Assembly (NCBI GenBank): GCA_000708835.1
Contig: DF236951.1
Location: 2,388-66,387, forward strand
Direction: 5' to 3'
DNA from: Klebsormidium nitens
Taxonomy: Eukaryota; Plantae; Klebsormidiophyceae
Length of the DNA stretch: 64,000 nt
A program made the translations under genes and the position numbers. Under the pieces are notes generated by a model. The model saw nothing but the letters and a program-made list of their open reading frames with translations. It did not search any database and was not told where the DNA came from. This document shows, piece after piece, positions 23,601 through 36,100 of this stretch. How positions within the stretch are numbered: position 1 is the stretch's first letter; every line of letters begins with the position of its first letter.

Positions 23601-25213
23601 ACACTTCTCACCTGCATGAACACTCTCCGCTTCTTTGCAGCCGTGGCGGCTATCATCCCCGTCACTGGCAAACCCACTTCCCCACCCTTGCTCTGGCCAT
23701 CCCAGGTCGAGGCATCCTTCCTCAAACCGATCCTTTCCCTTGTACCAGCAAGAGACTCCTTCCGCAATTCAATGACCGAGAGGTCCTCTTGAAGAAGGTC
23801 CAAATCAGCTTGTAGCTGCACAACGAATCCACCGAGATGTCAAATTAATAGCCTGCCCACGTGTAATTGACTGGCAAAACTGAATCCGTTCAGTTTGAGC
23901 TCCAAGCTTCGCAAGAGAGGCCACAAGGGGCCAGGCTAGGCTCCAAGCAGGCACTTTGGCCATAATCGCATGCTGACTGAGGCCTCCGTGGCGCACCTCA
24001 TCTAGCTGCTCCTGCTTCTGGCGGCGCGACTTCTCCAGAAAGTCCATTAGGATCTCCATGTTCACCTCCGCCTCCTCCTGCTGCACGTGCTGCTTCTTCT
24101 CCGCCAGCATCTTGATCAGGCTGTCCAGCTCCTTGAGCGAGACCTCCGTGCCCTGTCAACCAAGCGCAACATAACAAAAGGGTCAGACATGCTTCCGAGG
24201 ACCATCCGCGGAACCTGTGCCACAATTGCCAGCTCTTTCTGCCTTTCCTACTTCGCCGCAGATCTGGCGAGAGCCTCCCTTGCCAACCTTGGGGGTCATC
24301 CAGGTAACCCACGAGTCCGCCTGGTAAACCCCTGGGCCGCTCCTCCATCACAGCCTTACCTGTTGCAGGGCTAGCCGGAGATGCTCAGTGGGGGAGGACT
24401 TGGTCACAAAGTGCTGCGTGCTCGCCTTCTGCAACAACTGCACGCAAGCAGAGAGAACATGGTGTTACACAGAGTGACAAGACAAAAACTCTCATTCAGC
24501 TGCACAAAGCACCCTTGTAAGAAGCATGAACCTTTAGAGGCACAATTTAAAATGCTGACCATCCGACTAAGGTTTGACCGTGCAGCAAGGACTTGGCAAC
24601 AACTCTGTGGCAGTCACTGCCACGCGTCTGCCGATCGCGCGGCATATCCCCAGAATGGTAGCCCCTGCGCAGCCCCTGACGCAGGACGAGCTTGAAATGC
24701 AAAAGTTGATCGAGCAAGTCTTAGGTAAGTCGATCGCACGGACCCACTCTAAGGAAGGGACAGTCCAATAATGGCCGCTGTTTGACCTTAGTAAGAAAAA
24801 ACGTGTGGGCAGACCACCGGGGATGGCGCTCTTACCTTGTTGAGAAGGAAGTTGGGGAAGAGCTGTTCCACAGTGAGGTACTGCGAGCAGCACGGGCAGT
24901 TCTGCCTGTTCTGCAGGTGTGTGTTGATGCAGCTGTAGCAGAAACTGTGCCCGCAGGCGGTGAGAAAAGCATCGCGGATGGTCTGCATACATATGGGGCA
25001 CAAGAAGTCTTTCTCTAGCTCCCCAGAAAAGTGCCCTCCCCCCGTTGTGGTCGCCCCCTGCCCGACAGACAGAGCAAGAGGGTGGCGAGCCTCAAACGCA
25101 TGCTCCAACTCTGTCCCATCATTCTCAATCTTCACTAGAGCTCCCCGGTGCGCTGAACCGAGCCCAGAGATGGTGGGCACATTGCACCCCAAAGAACCTT
25201 CCGTTATCTCCAT
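20689..25213 (-). CDS. COP1: E3 ubiquitin ligase COP1 (RING + coiled coil + WD40)
   Basis: RING CPICMQTIRDAFLTACGHSFCYSCINTHL..CPCC..LFPNFLLNK; coiled coil; [98 protein letters not shown]. About 10 GT-AG exons. Confidence 0.97.
22629..22696. repeat. Intronic minisatellite, ~2.8 copies of a 24 bp unit
   Basis: aaaaggcagatgaaggcagagatc twice exactly, plus a third copy with a 1 nt deletion, in a COP1 intron. Confidence 0.9.
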
Positions 25214-26355
25214 GAGGCTGCCTGCTGTGTCTATCCCAAGTGTCTGACCTTTATCAGCTGCCTCAAAATCCCACGCCCCAAGCCCATGGTGCGCTAGGCT
25301 CGATGCGGTCGCCAGTTCTACAAGGTCGCTATGTTGATCGACACTGGATTGACGAAGGTTTACTTAGATGCTCAAACTCTGTTGACCCTTCTAAAGACCC
25401 TGGGCTGCAACCAAGAGGCCCTGCTGTTCGCACGTTTCCGTTGCCACCAGCTTTTCAATCTGAGGGCCGGTTCCTAAAAACATCCGTGGCAATCCCACAA
25501 ACGACTCCAAGCAAATCTGCTGCTACCTAACACTAAGCACCAATGCCCACCCAGCGCTCTCTTGATGCAGTGTTTCAATACTGCTGGTAAGGGACATAAC
25601 CTTTTGACAAGTCAAGGATGCGCCTTGGGACCTAAGAAAACCCAAACTCTAGGATTGTAACAAGGACCAGCGAAGACAGCTGCTCCAGGTAATGGGACAA
25701 TTCCACATGATGATGCTCTGGTCCCTGGCTGGTCTGGAGAGTCAGTCTTGACTCTGAGTCTGAGATCCGATCTACCTATTTGCCCAAGTTGCAGTCGTGG
25801 CCACATTCAGACGGCTCGATCTACCTAATCGGAGTCAACGTGGCTATACCTGCACATGTTCCAAACTTGAACCTCGATCTGGCGACGCTGTAAAATGACG
25901 GCCCGATTTATTTCTTAATACGGTACGATAAGAGCAAACATATCAAGCATTTAAGCTCCCAAGTTTCAACTGACACTTGGAGATTAACCCAACAATCAAG
26001 CTACCTGCTGGGAGCAGCTGCCAGCTGGGTATTATGGTAACTTACGGTTTATTCATACGGTAATCTATACGGTATTTGGGGGTCTTGGGTTAAGCAGAGC
26101 TCTTATATACCTATTAAGCTATACATCGAAAGTGCGACATAATACAATATTTTTCTGCAATTTATTCATTCCCAAAGCGCGACGGTAAAGGAGCAATTAC
26201 TAGTAACTACCTAATGCTTATTGCACGCTCCGTCAGGACTCAGGACTCACACAGTACACTGACTTCAGACTTGATTTTGTTTCGATCTTTTATACATACA
26301 ACCGTTCGATTAGCCACTTTGCTACCATCGGACGGTTGGAGATCTTGTACCCGCG

Positions 26356-26580
26356 CCAATTTTGGATTCCGATCGATGGAGTGAACAGTAACAGGCTAAC
26401 AGCCAGTGAACAGTAACGGGGACGGGTAGGGTTAGCTAGGGGGTTAGGGTGGGTACGGGTGCGGAGCGGGTGATCTTTTAGATTAGGGTTTTTAGTAACC
26501 CCAAGATGCTAGTACTGTTCACTGGGCTTGCTGTTCACTAGATCGAGAAATACCAATTTTGGCCCGGGCCCCGCGGGCCG
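26356..26580. mobile_element. Putative non-autonomous element: nested inverted repeats around a G-rich telomere-like core, with a 3' GC stem-loop
   Basis: ccagtgaacagta (26403-26415) is exactly inverted at 26513-26525. An outer pair cgatc..agtgaacag / ctgttcactagatcg surrounds it. ccaattttgg is directly repeated at 26356 and 26553. The core has eight G3+ runs and TTAGGG units, and ggcccg-N7-cgggcc follows. Mobility is inferred. Confidence 0.5.
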
Positions 26581-27039
26581 CAACTGGGCATTGGGAAGGG
26601 CCGGCATTCTCACTGCTCAGGCTTCAGCTCACTTGTAACCTAATAGGTATTAGCTATCCTAGGTAGGTAGTCACTCATGATTCATGCTAGACTCGCGTCA
26701 TTGCGCCAGCCGCATAGGTACATTCCTTACGTACCCCGGCGCCTTGGGATAGGACAGATAGGCTACCGTAGCTGTGCTACGTGTATTATCTTGCTTGAGG
26801 TACATATCACGTCGAATACATGTCATCCGCGTTTTGGCTTCTCATGCGACATTGGACGGTGTGCCGGTGCCTCCCGCCTCACAGAACGGAGCTTTGAGGT
26901 TTGCATGTTATGGCACATCAAAATCTGAAAGGACCACACATCAATGCACGGCTGTATCGGTCACCATCTGTTGCACATAGGCACATAATCTATTCACAGA
27001 GACGATACAGCCAGACAACTCTCTGATCCATTTTATGAG

Positions 27040-27436
27040 TCGTACAAACTTCGCTCACCCTCATTGAGCTATAGCATATATGAGTCTACATATAACGTGG
27101 CCCATCTAAGATGTGATAGAATCGCAAAATGGTGCTGCACAAGTACCTCTATTGACATGTGGATTGTAGGTTGCATGTGTTACGGGTGACGCATCCTTAC
27201 CTCCTTGAGTGTCCAGCATACAACGATATACGGCTAGACTTTTGTATGATCTTCCCTTTAGATGGCAAGAAGGAGTTAAAGTGCTTCTTAAATGGACCAG
27301 AGCAGGTAGCCATAGCCAATTTTATCCATTTGAGTATGCAGCGGAGAAAAGAAACATTGGATAGAGTAGGCGAGACCATGCAGTCCACTAGGCCTAACGT
27401 GGCCCCGAACGGACTATGAATCAATAATCAATCATA
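27040..27436 (+). mobile_element. 5'-truncated, decayed non-LTR retrotransposon (RTE-X/L1-like) ORF2 3' end with (AATC)n-like tail
   Basis: YKLRSPSL..QVPL..CRL..GD..YLLECPAYNDIR..FL..AIANFIH..RR is the C-terminal CCHC region typical of LINE ORF2. The stop at 27417-27419 overlaps the start of aatcaataatcaatca. Confidence 0.65.
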
Positions 27437-28040
27437 GAGGGATCGTGTTCAGCGCATCTGCCTTGAGATGCTCAGGCACAAACTTTCTCTCAAAAGCGAT
27501 CGCTGGGAATCACGTCAGAAATGCGTTAGCAAGGTTGTGAGCGATACTAGAGAGGAAGTGGCAAACAGAAATGCGGCTTCAAGTTTCAACACACAACTTA
27601 CCAAAGGGAACCATCCAATATTTGTGGACATTTGGGGCAGCATGCACAAGCAGTACAAGCACTCGTAGATGTGCGGTTCACTTAAACTGGCGTTCTAGCT
27701 TCTGGAACAATACAGCAATAACCATTCAGAAAAAGATGACAGGCTGGGCAGAATCTCAAAAGCTCCGCTACTTTTATAAATTGCACTCTGTATGTACCAT
27801 AATCGCATGTTCGTATAGCCAAGGTTAGGGACAGTAGGATTCGGGTCTGATTTTAAAAGCAATCTTGCTATGTTTGAGTGCCCAACCAGGGCGCCGTCAG
27901 CACATAAGCAGGTCAGCATACACCAACTAGCCCAACCCGGAAGGTGGGGTCTGAGCACCACTCAACAGCTTCCGGTTGCCCCCGCAAGGGACAGGACTTT
28001 TCTTCACTTCCTCCCGGCCCTAGCTAGAGGAATCTGCTAT

Positions 28041-29634
28041 CTAGCCCCCAGCATTGCTTGCTGGTGTGCTCTCTTCTGTGGCCGTGTCCACTAAAGAAGG
28101 CGTAGCTTCTGGGGCCGCAGATGATGCTACATCAGTTGTTGCCGTGTGCGCTTGCTTTAAGGGGGGTTGTAGCGGTTGAGTATAAGGGGATGACGCCGTT
28201 GGGCTTTGTCGCTTTGTTGCAGCCTTGGGTGCATGTGCTGTCTGTTTCATCTTTTTATCAGCTCCTGAAGTCAGGGTAGGGGAAGGGCGGGCAAAGGAGA
28301 AGGCAGCAACCGACAGGTTCTGCTCTGGATGCTCCGACAGGTACCTATGAAGAGAAAGAAGTGACGCAATCTGATCAAGATTCCATGTACAAGTTGAGAT
28401 CAGCTTACTTGAGCGAAGTAGAGTGCCACTTGGGTACAGAATTATTGAAAGAACGTTCATGGGCAGGGGCACTAGGCAAAGTACTTGCAAATAAGATGTA
28501 GCAATATGCCAAGAAAAGCTCTCTGTCTTTGAGCCTTAAAAGGCAGACCCCAGAGTAAGAAAGAGAGACTACAGTCCACAGGGAAAGCTGGATTTACAGG
28601 GATGAAAGGGACCTCAGTTTCTACTATATCAAGCATTAACCAGAATTTGCAGTTCTTCACCTTTCCAGCTGCTGAAGTGAGCGAATGCAGGTGTTTTCTG
28701 GAGTATAGTAGTACCTGTATCACAAATAAATGAAACATAAATAAATGAAAAAGTGTTAGCAGGAGATTCCCAAATCAATAGCAGATCTCTTACTCTAGCT
28801 TGCTTTTAATAGGATAGTAGATGCAGCAACAAACTAGAAAGCTGCACAAACAAGAAAAACCCTAAGCGAAGTCACCTCAATCTCTCTAAGCGTCTTGTCA
28901 TGAATCATGGTGATATAATCAGGGAAGGATCTGCCCACTTACACATCTGCAAAACCTTTGTGGCTGCCATCCTCCTTTTCCCCCCTCAGTACCTGCATTT
29001 TACCAAAGCTTCCATCAAAATATTTATCCGAATGCACTTGTCCTTCTCCAACCAGGATTAAGAATCACACGCAGGTGGGTATGTCTGTGGCTGACAATGG
29101 AATCATGTTTGAAGATGTAATATGAATCATACAGGAGAAGGCATGAGTGGACCGTCCCTGTAGATCAGCAGCAAGAAGAAGAAGCATGGCATTGCCTAGC
29201 ATTTCCTAGGAAGTCCCAAGGAATAGAAGTTGAGAAATGATAAGACCATTTCCGCATTATCCTCAACCCACCACTTTTCTTTTCCATCCTTGGGGAGTTT
29301 TTGGGAGCCCCGGCTTGTCGTATGCCCATCTCAAATTCCCGCCTGGTTCCCACTCTGGAGGCATGTCGCACGATGCATCTGCTCGCCAGGCGCGTGCCTG
29401 TTCGCAGCGCCAGGGCGTCTCTGGGGTCAGCTTCTCGCGCACCTCCTCGTACAGCTCTGCAGTGGGCACGGCCCGCCACTTGCGGCACTCGTAGCACTGC
29501 ACCAGTAGCTTACTGCACACGGCAGGGGGGCTCTTGAAAGTTGGGCTCATGTCTTCTAGGGCAGCAGGCGGTTCCCCTTCATGGAGCCTGCTCGCACCAT
29601 TGTTGGGAGCAGCACCTTGCGAAGAGTCTTCCAT
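28041..29634 (-). CDS. MBD: CW-type zinc finger + methyl-CpG-binding domain protein (plant MBD1/2/4-like class) with a low-complexity tail
   Basis: GCCGCCATGG start at 29634. Exons 29634-29272, 28992-28943, 28714-28661, 28344-28041 are phase-consistent. LVQCYECRKWRAVP..PWRCE..W..SCD (zf-CW); WAYDKPGLPKTPQGWKRKVVLRG..FADVYYYTPE..IRSLQQLERYLSEHP..FSF (MBD). Confidence 0.87.
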
Positions 29635-30122
29635 GGCGGCCACACACCTCGTTTTAGCTGGCAATGCGTCAGCCGGGCAGCAGCAGCAGCTCCAAGGTCC
29701 CCCACCCAGACAGGAATTGAGTGCTTCCCAGCCCCCTGCCACCACCGTGCGGTGCAGAATGACCACCGTCTGCCAGCGACACTGATGACAGTGATGTCAC
29801 TGACAGTGCGTGGAAGCGTTTGGGGTTTTGAACATCCTCACACGAAAGCACTGTGACACTGACTGGCAACTGCACACGAGACACTCCAAGGTGTCTTGAC
29901 ACAACTATGACCAGTGCGACCTGTCTACCCTGGCCTTGTACCTAGTGTCAACATACTGCCGTGGCAGGCGCTGGCAGCCTGTGCACCTCCTCGAAGTTCG
30001 AACCAACTTCTTCGAGGAGAATCAAGGCTCATGTGACACTGACAAGTGTGTCGGTCTGTTCTGCAAAGTGTGAAAACCAAGTCTACCAATTTTAAGGGCG
30101 TAAGACAGCGTTCTTGTAAACA

Positions 30123-31748
30123 ATGGCGTCTTGCACACTTTTAACGAGTGGCGCCCTTGGTAGCTTGGCATTGAGCCAGTGCGGTGCTTTAGAAAGGCCG
30201 TGGCAGTCAACGCCCCGTTCTCGCCCCGCTACTTTTGGCCGTGGACCGAGTGCTGGGACAGTATGCAGTAGCAGCAGGCTGGGCGAGCGCCGCCACGTGC
30301 TGCTGAGAGAAGGCAGGAGAGGCTCTGGCATGCAGGACAGGCCCCGGAGAGGCCCCACCGTGTGCGGCATCTTTGGGCTGGGGGTCCCGGAGCTTGTGGT
30401 GATAGCGGGCGTGGCGGCGGTGCTGTTTGGGCCCAAGCAATTACCGGAGTTGGGGAAGAGCCTGGGGAAAACGGTCAAGAGCTTCCAGCAGGTGAGCGCC
30501 GCTGTACTGCCTGCTGGGGGAGGCAGGCTGTGTCGTGGGCAGAGTGGCCGAGGTGCGGTCTTTCACGCGCGTCCTTACATGTTCCAAAACACATATTTCA
30601 TGCGAATTCACCGGGATTTTTGAATTGTGCAATGCCACCATGCCCGCATTCTCGTTTTTACATGCTTATTCTGTACAGCTCGCGTTACATGACCTCCTAC
30701 GGCCAATTAAATGGCGCCTGCATCACGGTTGTCAAAGTCTATCATTTCATGAGCCCGGCCCTCAACGGGAAAAGTAAGCAGCCATTGATAGGATAGATAA
30801 CCCACTCCCTACTGGCGTCGTAGCGCCTGGGCTCCTGCAAAGTTGGGTCTATCCTTTAATGCCAGTACTGTGCCACTGCTCTTGCTTTGTCCACCCTGTT
30901 TCTTTGACAGACCCACTCTCAAGCAGCGCTTTGTCACTCAGTCTATTCCTTTGATTGATGTTATACAATCAGCGCACATCAAGCATTAAGGTTATCCGCA
31001 TCGGGAGGGCAGAATGCAGTATTTTGTTGTGCTATTCATTTCAAACCCAGGTCAATTCTCTTTCGATTGGTTGGGCATCAGGTCTACTGGTTGCTGGCTC
31101 TGAAAGGGCAAGAGTCTCTACCAGTCATGTTGAAGTCCCTGGGGCCAGAGCGCTATGAGAAGCACTTGCAAAGGCATTCTGCAACTCCTTGCACCTGCAA
31201 TGACATATTGCCCCCACAGCGATCCATGCTTGTGCTTTAATGTGTTGGACAACACTGGTTTTTGAGGCGTTCCTCTGCACTGTGCTACCAACTGGGTCAG
31301 GAGGTCATGAAAGCCTTTCTGCGGTAGTCTGAGGCCAGCTTGCATCATGGGCACGTCTGACTTGTGTGTCTTCTCAACTTGCTGTGTGTAGCCTAGTCCA
31401 TTTCAGGTGCTTCAATGTCCTTTTGGAGGGCTCTCTGCGATAAGACTGAATACTCAAAACAATTGCAGGAGACTGAACTATCCTGACTTTGTGTTTACTT
31501 TTGTTTCGAGGTGGCACTGCTTTTGTTCCTGTGTCCAGTTCCCCTGGATGATTGTGCTTCTCTTGCAAATCGTTCGTAATTCCAGCTTTGGATGGATTGA
31601 AGGATCACACCAGATCCTGACTTGTTTGAGTTCCTTTGCAGGCTGCTAAAGAGTTCGAAGGTGAAATTAAGAAGAATGCGGAGGAGTTGAAAGAGGAGGC
31701 CCAAAATAGCGTAGACGAGTTCAAAAACGAAGTGAAGAAGGAGAAATA
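30123..31748 (+). CDS. TatA: Plastid twin-arginine translocase subunit TatA (Tha4)
   Basis: Exon 1 (30123-30491): transit peptide + GIFGLGVPELVVIAGVAAVLFGPKQLPELGKSLGKTVKSFQQ. Exon 2 (31642-31748): AAKEFEGEIKK..KKEK*. Confidence 0.95.
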
Positions 31749-31899
31749 AGGAGCCAAGGCAAGTGTTCTGTCAGTCAGTCAATTTTGTTACACAGTTTGC
31801 AATTTGTTGTGGGGGGTTGCTCATACCAATCCTGATTCCAAATGAGGGCGGCGGCAGAGTAAGCATGTCAATCAACATTTGGATACTTTCTCGAAGTAG

Positions 31900-32900
31900 C
31901 TTTTCCAAGGGCTCTGGTTAAAGATGCCCTCTAGGAAGCCCGGGAAAATGTCACTTGATTGATGGAACGATGCTCTACTTGGAAAAAGTCTCGGCAAAGT
32001 GGACACCTTTTGAAGAATGTAGGGCGGCGTTTGGTTGCAAAAACCCAGTAGATCATCAGAGATTCATTTGTCTGCGTCATGCGTTGCTTATGGCAAATGC
32101 ATGTGTGGTGCATCTACCCGAAGCAGACATTGCGTATTAATGATTGGTTGCATGAGGGCGCAATACTGAGTATACCCGAAATGCAAGCTGGCATGCATGA
32201 TATCGGTACTCAGGCTGCATGGATAGATTATCAATATCTTGCACTTCGAATCCAAAGATTGTAGCTTGAGTAGCATGCTTGCAACTCCACTTTTATCGCG
32301 ATGCACATGCACAATACAGCTAGTATGCACTTTGCTTCAATCTTATTTTTAGGTGAAAATTAAAGTTTCTGCCATTCCAGGTATACCATACACAGTGTAT
32401 ACCTCATCGTTGCAATTCTAGTTGCTGACAATCTTTTATCGCAGCGCTCATTAAAAGTGGTTCGTTTGAGCGCATATGCAAAATACTCCTTCTGAGACAG
32501 TTATGGCCCGTCGATTCGTAAGAAATCTGTGCAATCCTTATCTCAGCGTGCCGCCGTTATGTCATTGTTGAAATAGAAGATCGTGGACCGATGAGTATAT
32601 AGCTATCATGTGTTGAGCGCCATGATTTGCATCACTCGTGATTGCGGACGATTGTGCAGGAGTTTGTGAACGAGATTGTATGCGAGAATAGTTAGCCATC
32701 TCCCCATATCTCGATCTTATTGTGCTTCAAGCACACTAACCCGGTACAAATCTTATACCGGGTCGATTTGCACGTAACCTGATGCTGAAGTCCGCTGTTC
32801 GCAAGCTGATGCTAGTATAATCAGCCGCTTATCATACTCCGCTTATGCCGGCAAGGTTTTCGAGAGCAAGACTGAGAGTCAAAAGCATACGCGGCAGAAA
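31900..32900 (+). mobile_element. Highly decayed Ty3/gypsy pol remnant (RT connection/RNase H, possibly integrase HHCC)
   Basis: Across frameshifts: LEKVSAKWTPFEECRAAF..LRHALLMA..VVHLPE (cf. W..EC..AF..LK.AL..APVL.LPD), EGAILS, HFESK (cf. AFESRKL), and at ~32835 YSAYAGK..ESKT (cf. H.SPYAGHFG..KT). Similarity judged by eye only. Confidence 0.45.
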
Positions 32901-33193
32901 CAGACACACCGCATTTAATCCGACTACAATCCGATCTCAATATGTGCTTGGGTAAGGTTCGGTTAGACTTTCAACAATATTAACTAGCTTAGCTTTATCA
33001 AGGGTCATACAGGACTGTGCGGGAACAGCTAGACACCGGGCACATCTAGTGACGTTTATTGAATGGGTGCAGATTTTCAATAGCCTTGTAGATATTGAAC
33101 AGCATGGCTAGATTACAACCCAGCTTGTGGGCTCTGGACACTTATTGAACACTACTGCTTCCTCTTGCGTCCGACATGGGCTGCTCGCCGGGC

Positions 33194-36100
33194 CTATTGA
33201 TCGATGTTGAGCGACAGCGAGACGCCTTGCAGCACCCAGTGGCTGGGGTGCTCGTCAGTGGCGAGGTCCGCCTCAAAGACGAGCCCCACGCCCATGGCGT
33301 TGCGGCGCGCCTGAGTGACGTACACGGGCGTCTTGAACGTGTTTTGCAGCTTCAGCTTGCTGGCCTCGATGGGCACGATCTGCAAAATGGGCAGCTCCAC
33401 CACCAGCTGCTTCGGCTCCTGCGCACCACCGCAACATCCGCGCCTCAGCCCGCCGCACGCACGCGCAACTCAACCAAGGCAGGTCCACAATCCCGACAGC
33501 TTTTAACAAAGCACTTCTTCTCGTTTGTGCTTGTAATGTGTTCGACAAGCATACTCTCAAAAGCCTCGGGGTATCTTTGAGCAATCCGAAATCTTCGTAA
33601 AAACAGTCCTTGTCCGTCTAACATTCGGGAGCACCAGTTTCGCGCGGCCCCGCCCGGTTTCCGGGTGGCGTGCTGAGTGGCTGTGCGGCGCGGCTCACCT
33701 GGCGCTCCAGGCGGCTCTTCTTGAGGTTCCACTGCGCGCCCTCCAGGTACAGCCCGCTCACGTAGCAGCCGTGCTTGGGCTTCTCGTGCACCTGGCCCGC
33801 GTCCGTGAATTGCGTCACGGCCGTATACAGCGTCGACTTGTCGAGCGGCCACCCGCGGTCGCGGCACGCGGTCTGCACGAGCGCGGCGATGTATGTCTCC
33901 GGGATGTGCAGCCCCGCCAGCCACATGACGGCCGGCTCGCCGTGCTCCACCCACGCCGCGTACTGCGCGTAGCGCCGGCCGAACCACAGCATCCACGCGC
34001 CCAGCATCTTCTCCGTCTGCGGGTTCATGCGCCGCCACGCCTCCGGCAGCTGCCCGTTGAACAGCGCCGTCGCCACCTCGTCCAGGTCACTGCGGGAGCA
34101 CACGCGGGGCAAAACAGCGGCGTCAGGGACCGCACGGCACCACGCGAGAGCCGAGCGCGAGCACACTGCAGAATGGTGCGTAGGTCGAGGAGGCAGCGCG
34201 CACTGAAGATCTGTGCCCACAACGGAACGTGCAGGGTGTGCCTAACGAAGGGCATGTACTGTCGGGCTGCCCCCAAAGGATGGTATCATGTGCGGCGCAC
34301 CTGCTCATGCCGATCTCGCCCGCGAGCGCCTTTTGCAGGTCCTTGAGGGAGGCCTGCATGCGCGCCAGAAGGGCGTTCCAGCGGTCCAGCTCCTGCAGCA
34401 GCACCACCTGCACGCACGCACCGCCGCACGCCGCTCAACAAGCACGCCAACACGGGGGCCGCGGACAGGGAGCAACGGACGCTTTAAGGTGGTACATGCC
34501 TGTCTAGTCCATCAAGAGGACTTGTTCAATTTCCTCGGGCAGGACGGGCCCACTTAGTGCGCCTCGACGTCTAGAATGCAGCGTTACTATGGTTCCTGCT
34601 ACTTACTCTTGCTACTCTTACACATGAGACGCCGTGAAAGGATGTTTCACGAAACGTGTAATCGAAGCACAACTCAGACGACGTCCACCTGAAGCGTTCG
34701 ATATCTGTCCTTAACAACAGCAGGCACTTAGGGTCGTGGCCTCGCACGCGCGCACCTGCACGGGGGAGGGCACCCCGATTTCCTTTTTGATGATGGCGAT
34801 GTCGAAAGGGTTGGGGATCTTAGACTGGATGTCGCGCGCGACGCCCGCGATGACGTCCTCGCGGGAGGCGCCCCCCGGCGCGGCCCCGATGCGCGGCTGC
34901 AGGTCGACCAGGTTGCGCCAGAGGCTGCGCGTGGCGGCGGTGTAGTAGCTGATGTCCGCGTTGGGGTGCAGCCCGAACACCTCCGGCGTCTGCACCAGCG
35001 GCAGCCCGTCGATCTCGGCACAGTACGCGTCGCGGCCGCCCGGCGCGGGGATCTTGTAGAGCGCGTCCTTGCCGGCGTAGAAGCGGAAGGGCTGGAAGGT
35101 GTCGAAGAGGAAGTCGCCGAGGTACTCGTCCAGGTAGGTGGTCAAAATGCGGCGGTCGAAGCCGTCGGAGACGCGGCCGCCGTACATGGCCTCCCCGATG
35201 AGGTAGCGCAGCGTGCCCCATGGGATCAGCTCGTCGCCCGCCGCGGCCGCCTTGCTGAGGTACGTGCCGATGAGCGCCATGGAGATGCGGAAGTCGGTCT
35301 CGTTGAAGTCGTACGGCACGTTCCAGCCCAGCTTGCCGTACTTGCGCCGCTCCTGCACCACGGCGTGGAAGAAGGCCAGCACGTACACCTGCGGCTTGAA
35401 CGCGGGGTGCGCGCAGTCGGCCAGCATGTCGTCCGTGATCTTGGAGTAGCTCGCGCGCATGTTCAGCTTCAGCCCGTTGGGCGGCTCCGTCACCACCTTG
35501 AGGCTGCGCTGCAGCACGCCCAGCGGGAAGCGCGGGGTCGGGTCCGTCGTGAGCCACAGCCGGAAGTCCTTGTGCGGCTTCTCCAACTTCTCCAAGATCT
35601 GCACCACCGAAAATGGGCGTCAGATTGCAAAACAGTACCTCCAGGTACTAAGCAAATTGTGGTCTTTCCGCTGTCGTATCCCCAGCCTGTAGGCACACTT
35701 CAGAAAGCGGGAGTTTTTAGGAGAGCCGAACAGTAGCAAACATTCTGTGAGCGCACGGAGCGGAACAAGCGTACAATCCGCTCTCGCCCCTTTCTGGCCG
35801 TTACAGCCTCCCGCCCCCTGATGCAGCGCTCACCTTTTCGAGCGTTTTGAGCCAGCTGGGCAGGAGGTGGCAGTTTTGCAGCATGACCCAGAGCCCGCGC
35901 GCGGCGCCCTGCTCCAGGAACTCGGCGGCCTTGGGCCCCATGCCCTGCCCGAGCGCCATGTACTTGAGCTTGCCGCCCGGCTTGAACCCCATCTCCTCGC
36001 CCAGCTTGAACACGTCGAACGCCGGGTCCGCGCCGGGGCTCAGGATGAACACGATGGGCGTCACGGGGCTGCTCTGCCGGTAAATGTTGCCGTAGTCCAG

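Noticed and set aside
28400-28470. MBD-like YPSGTLLRS segment followed by a GTAAG donor inside MBD intron 3 (possible mutually exclusive exon)
   Set aside because: The donor is phase 1 whereas the next exon needs phase 2, and there is no convincing acceptor.
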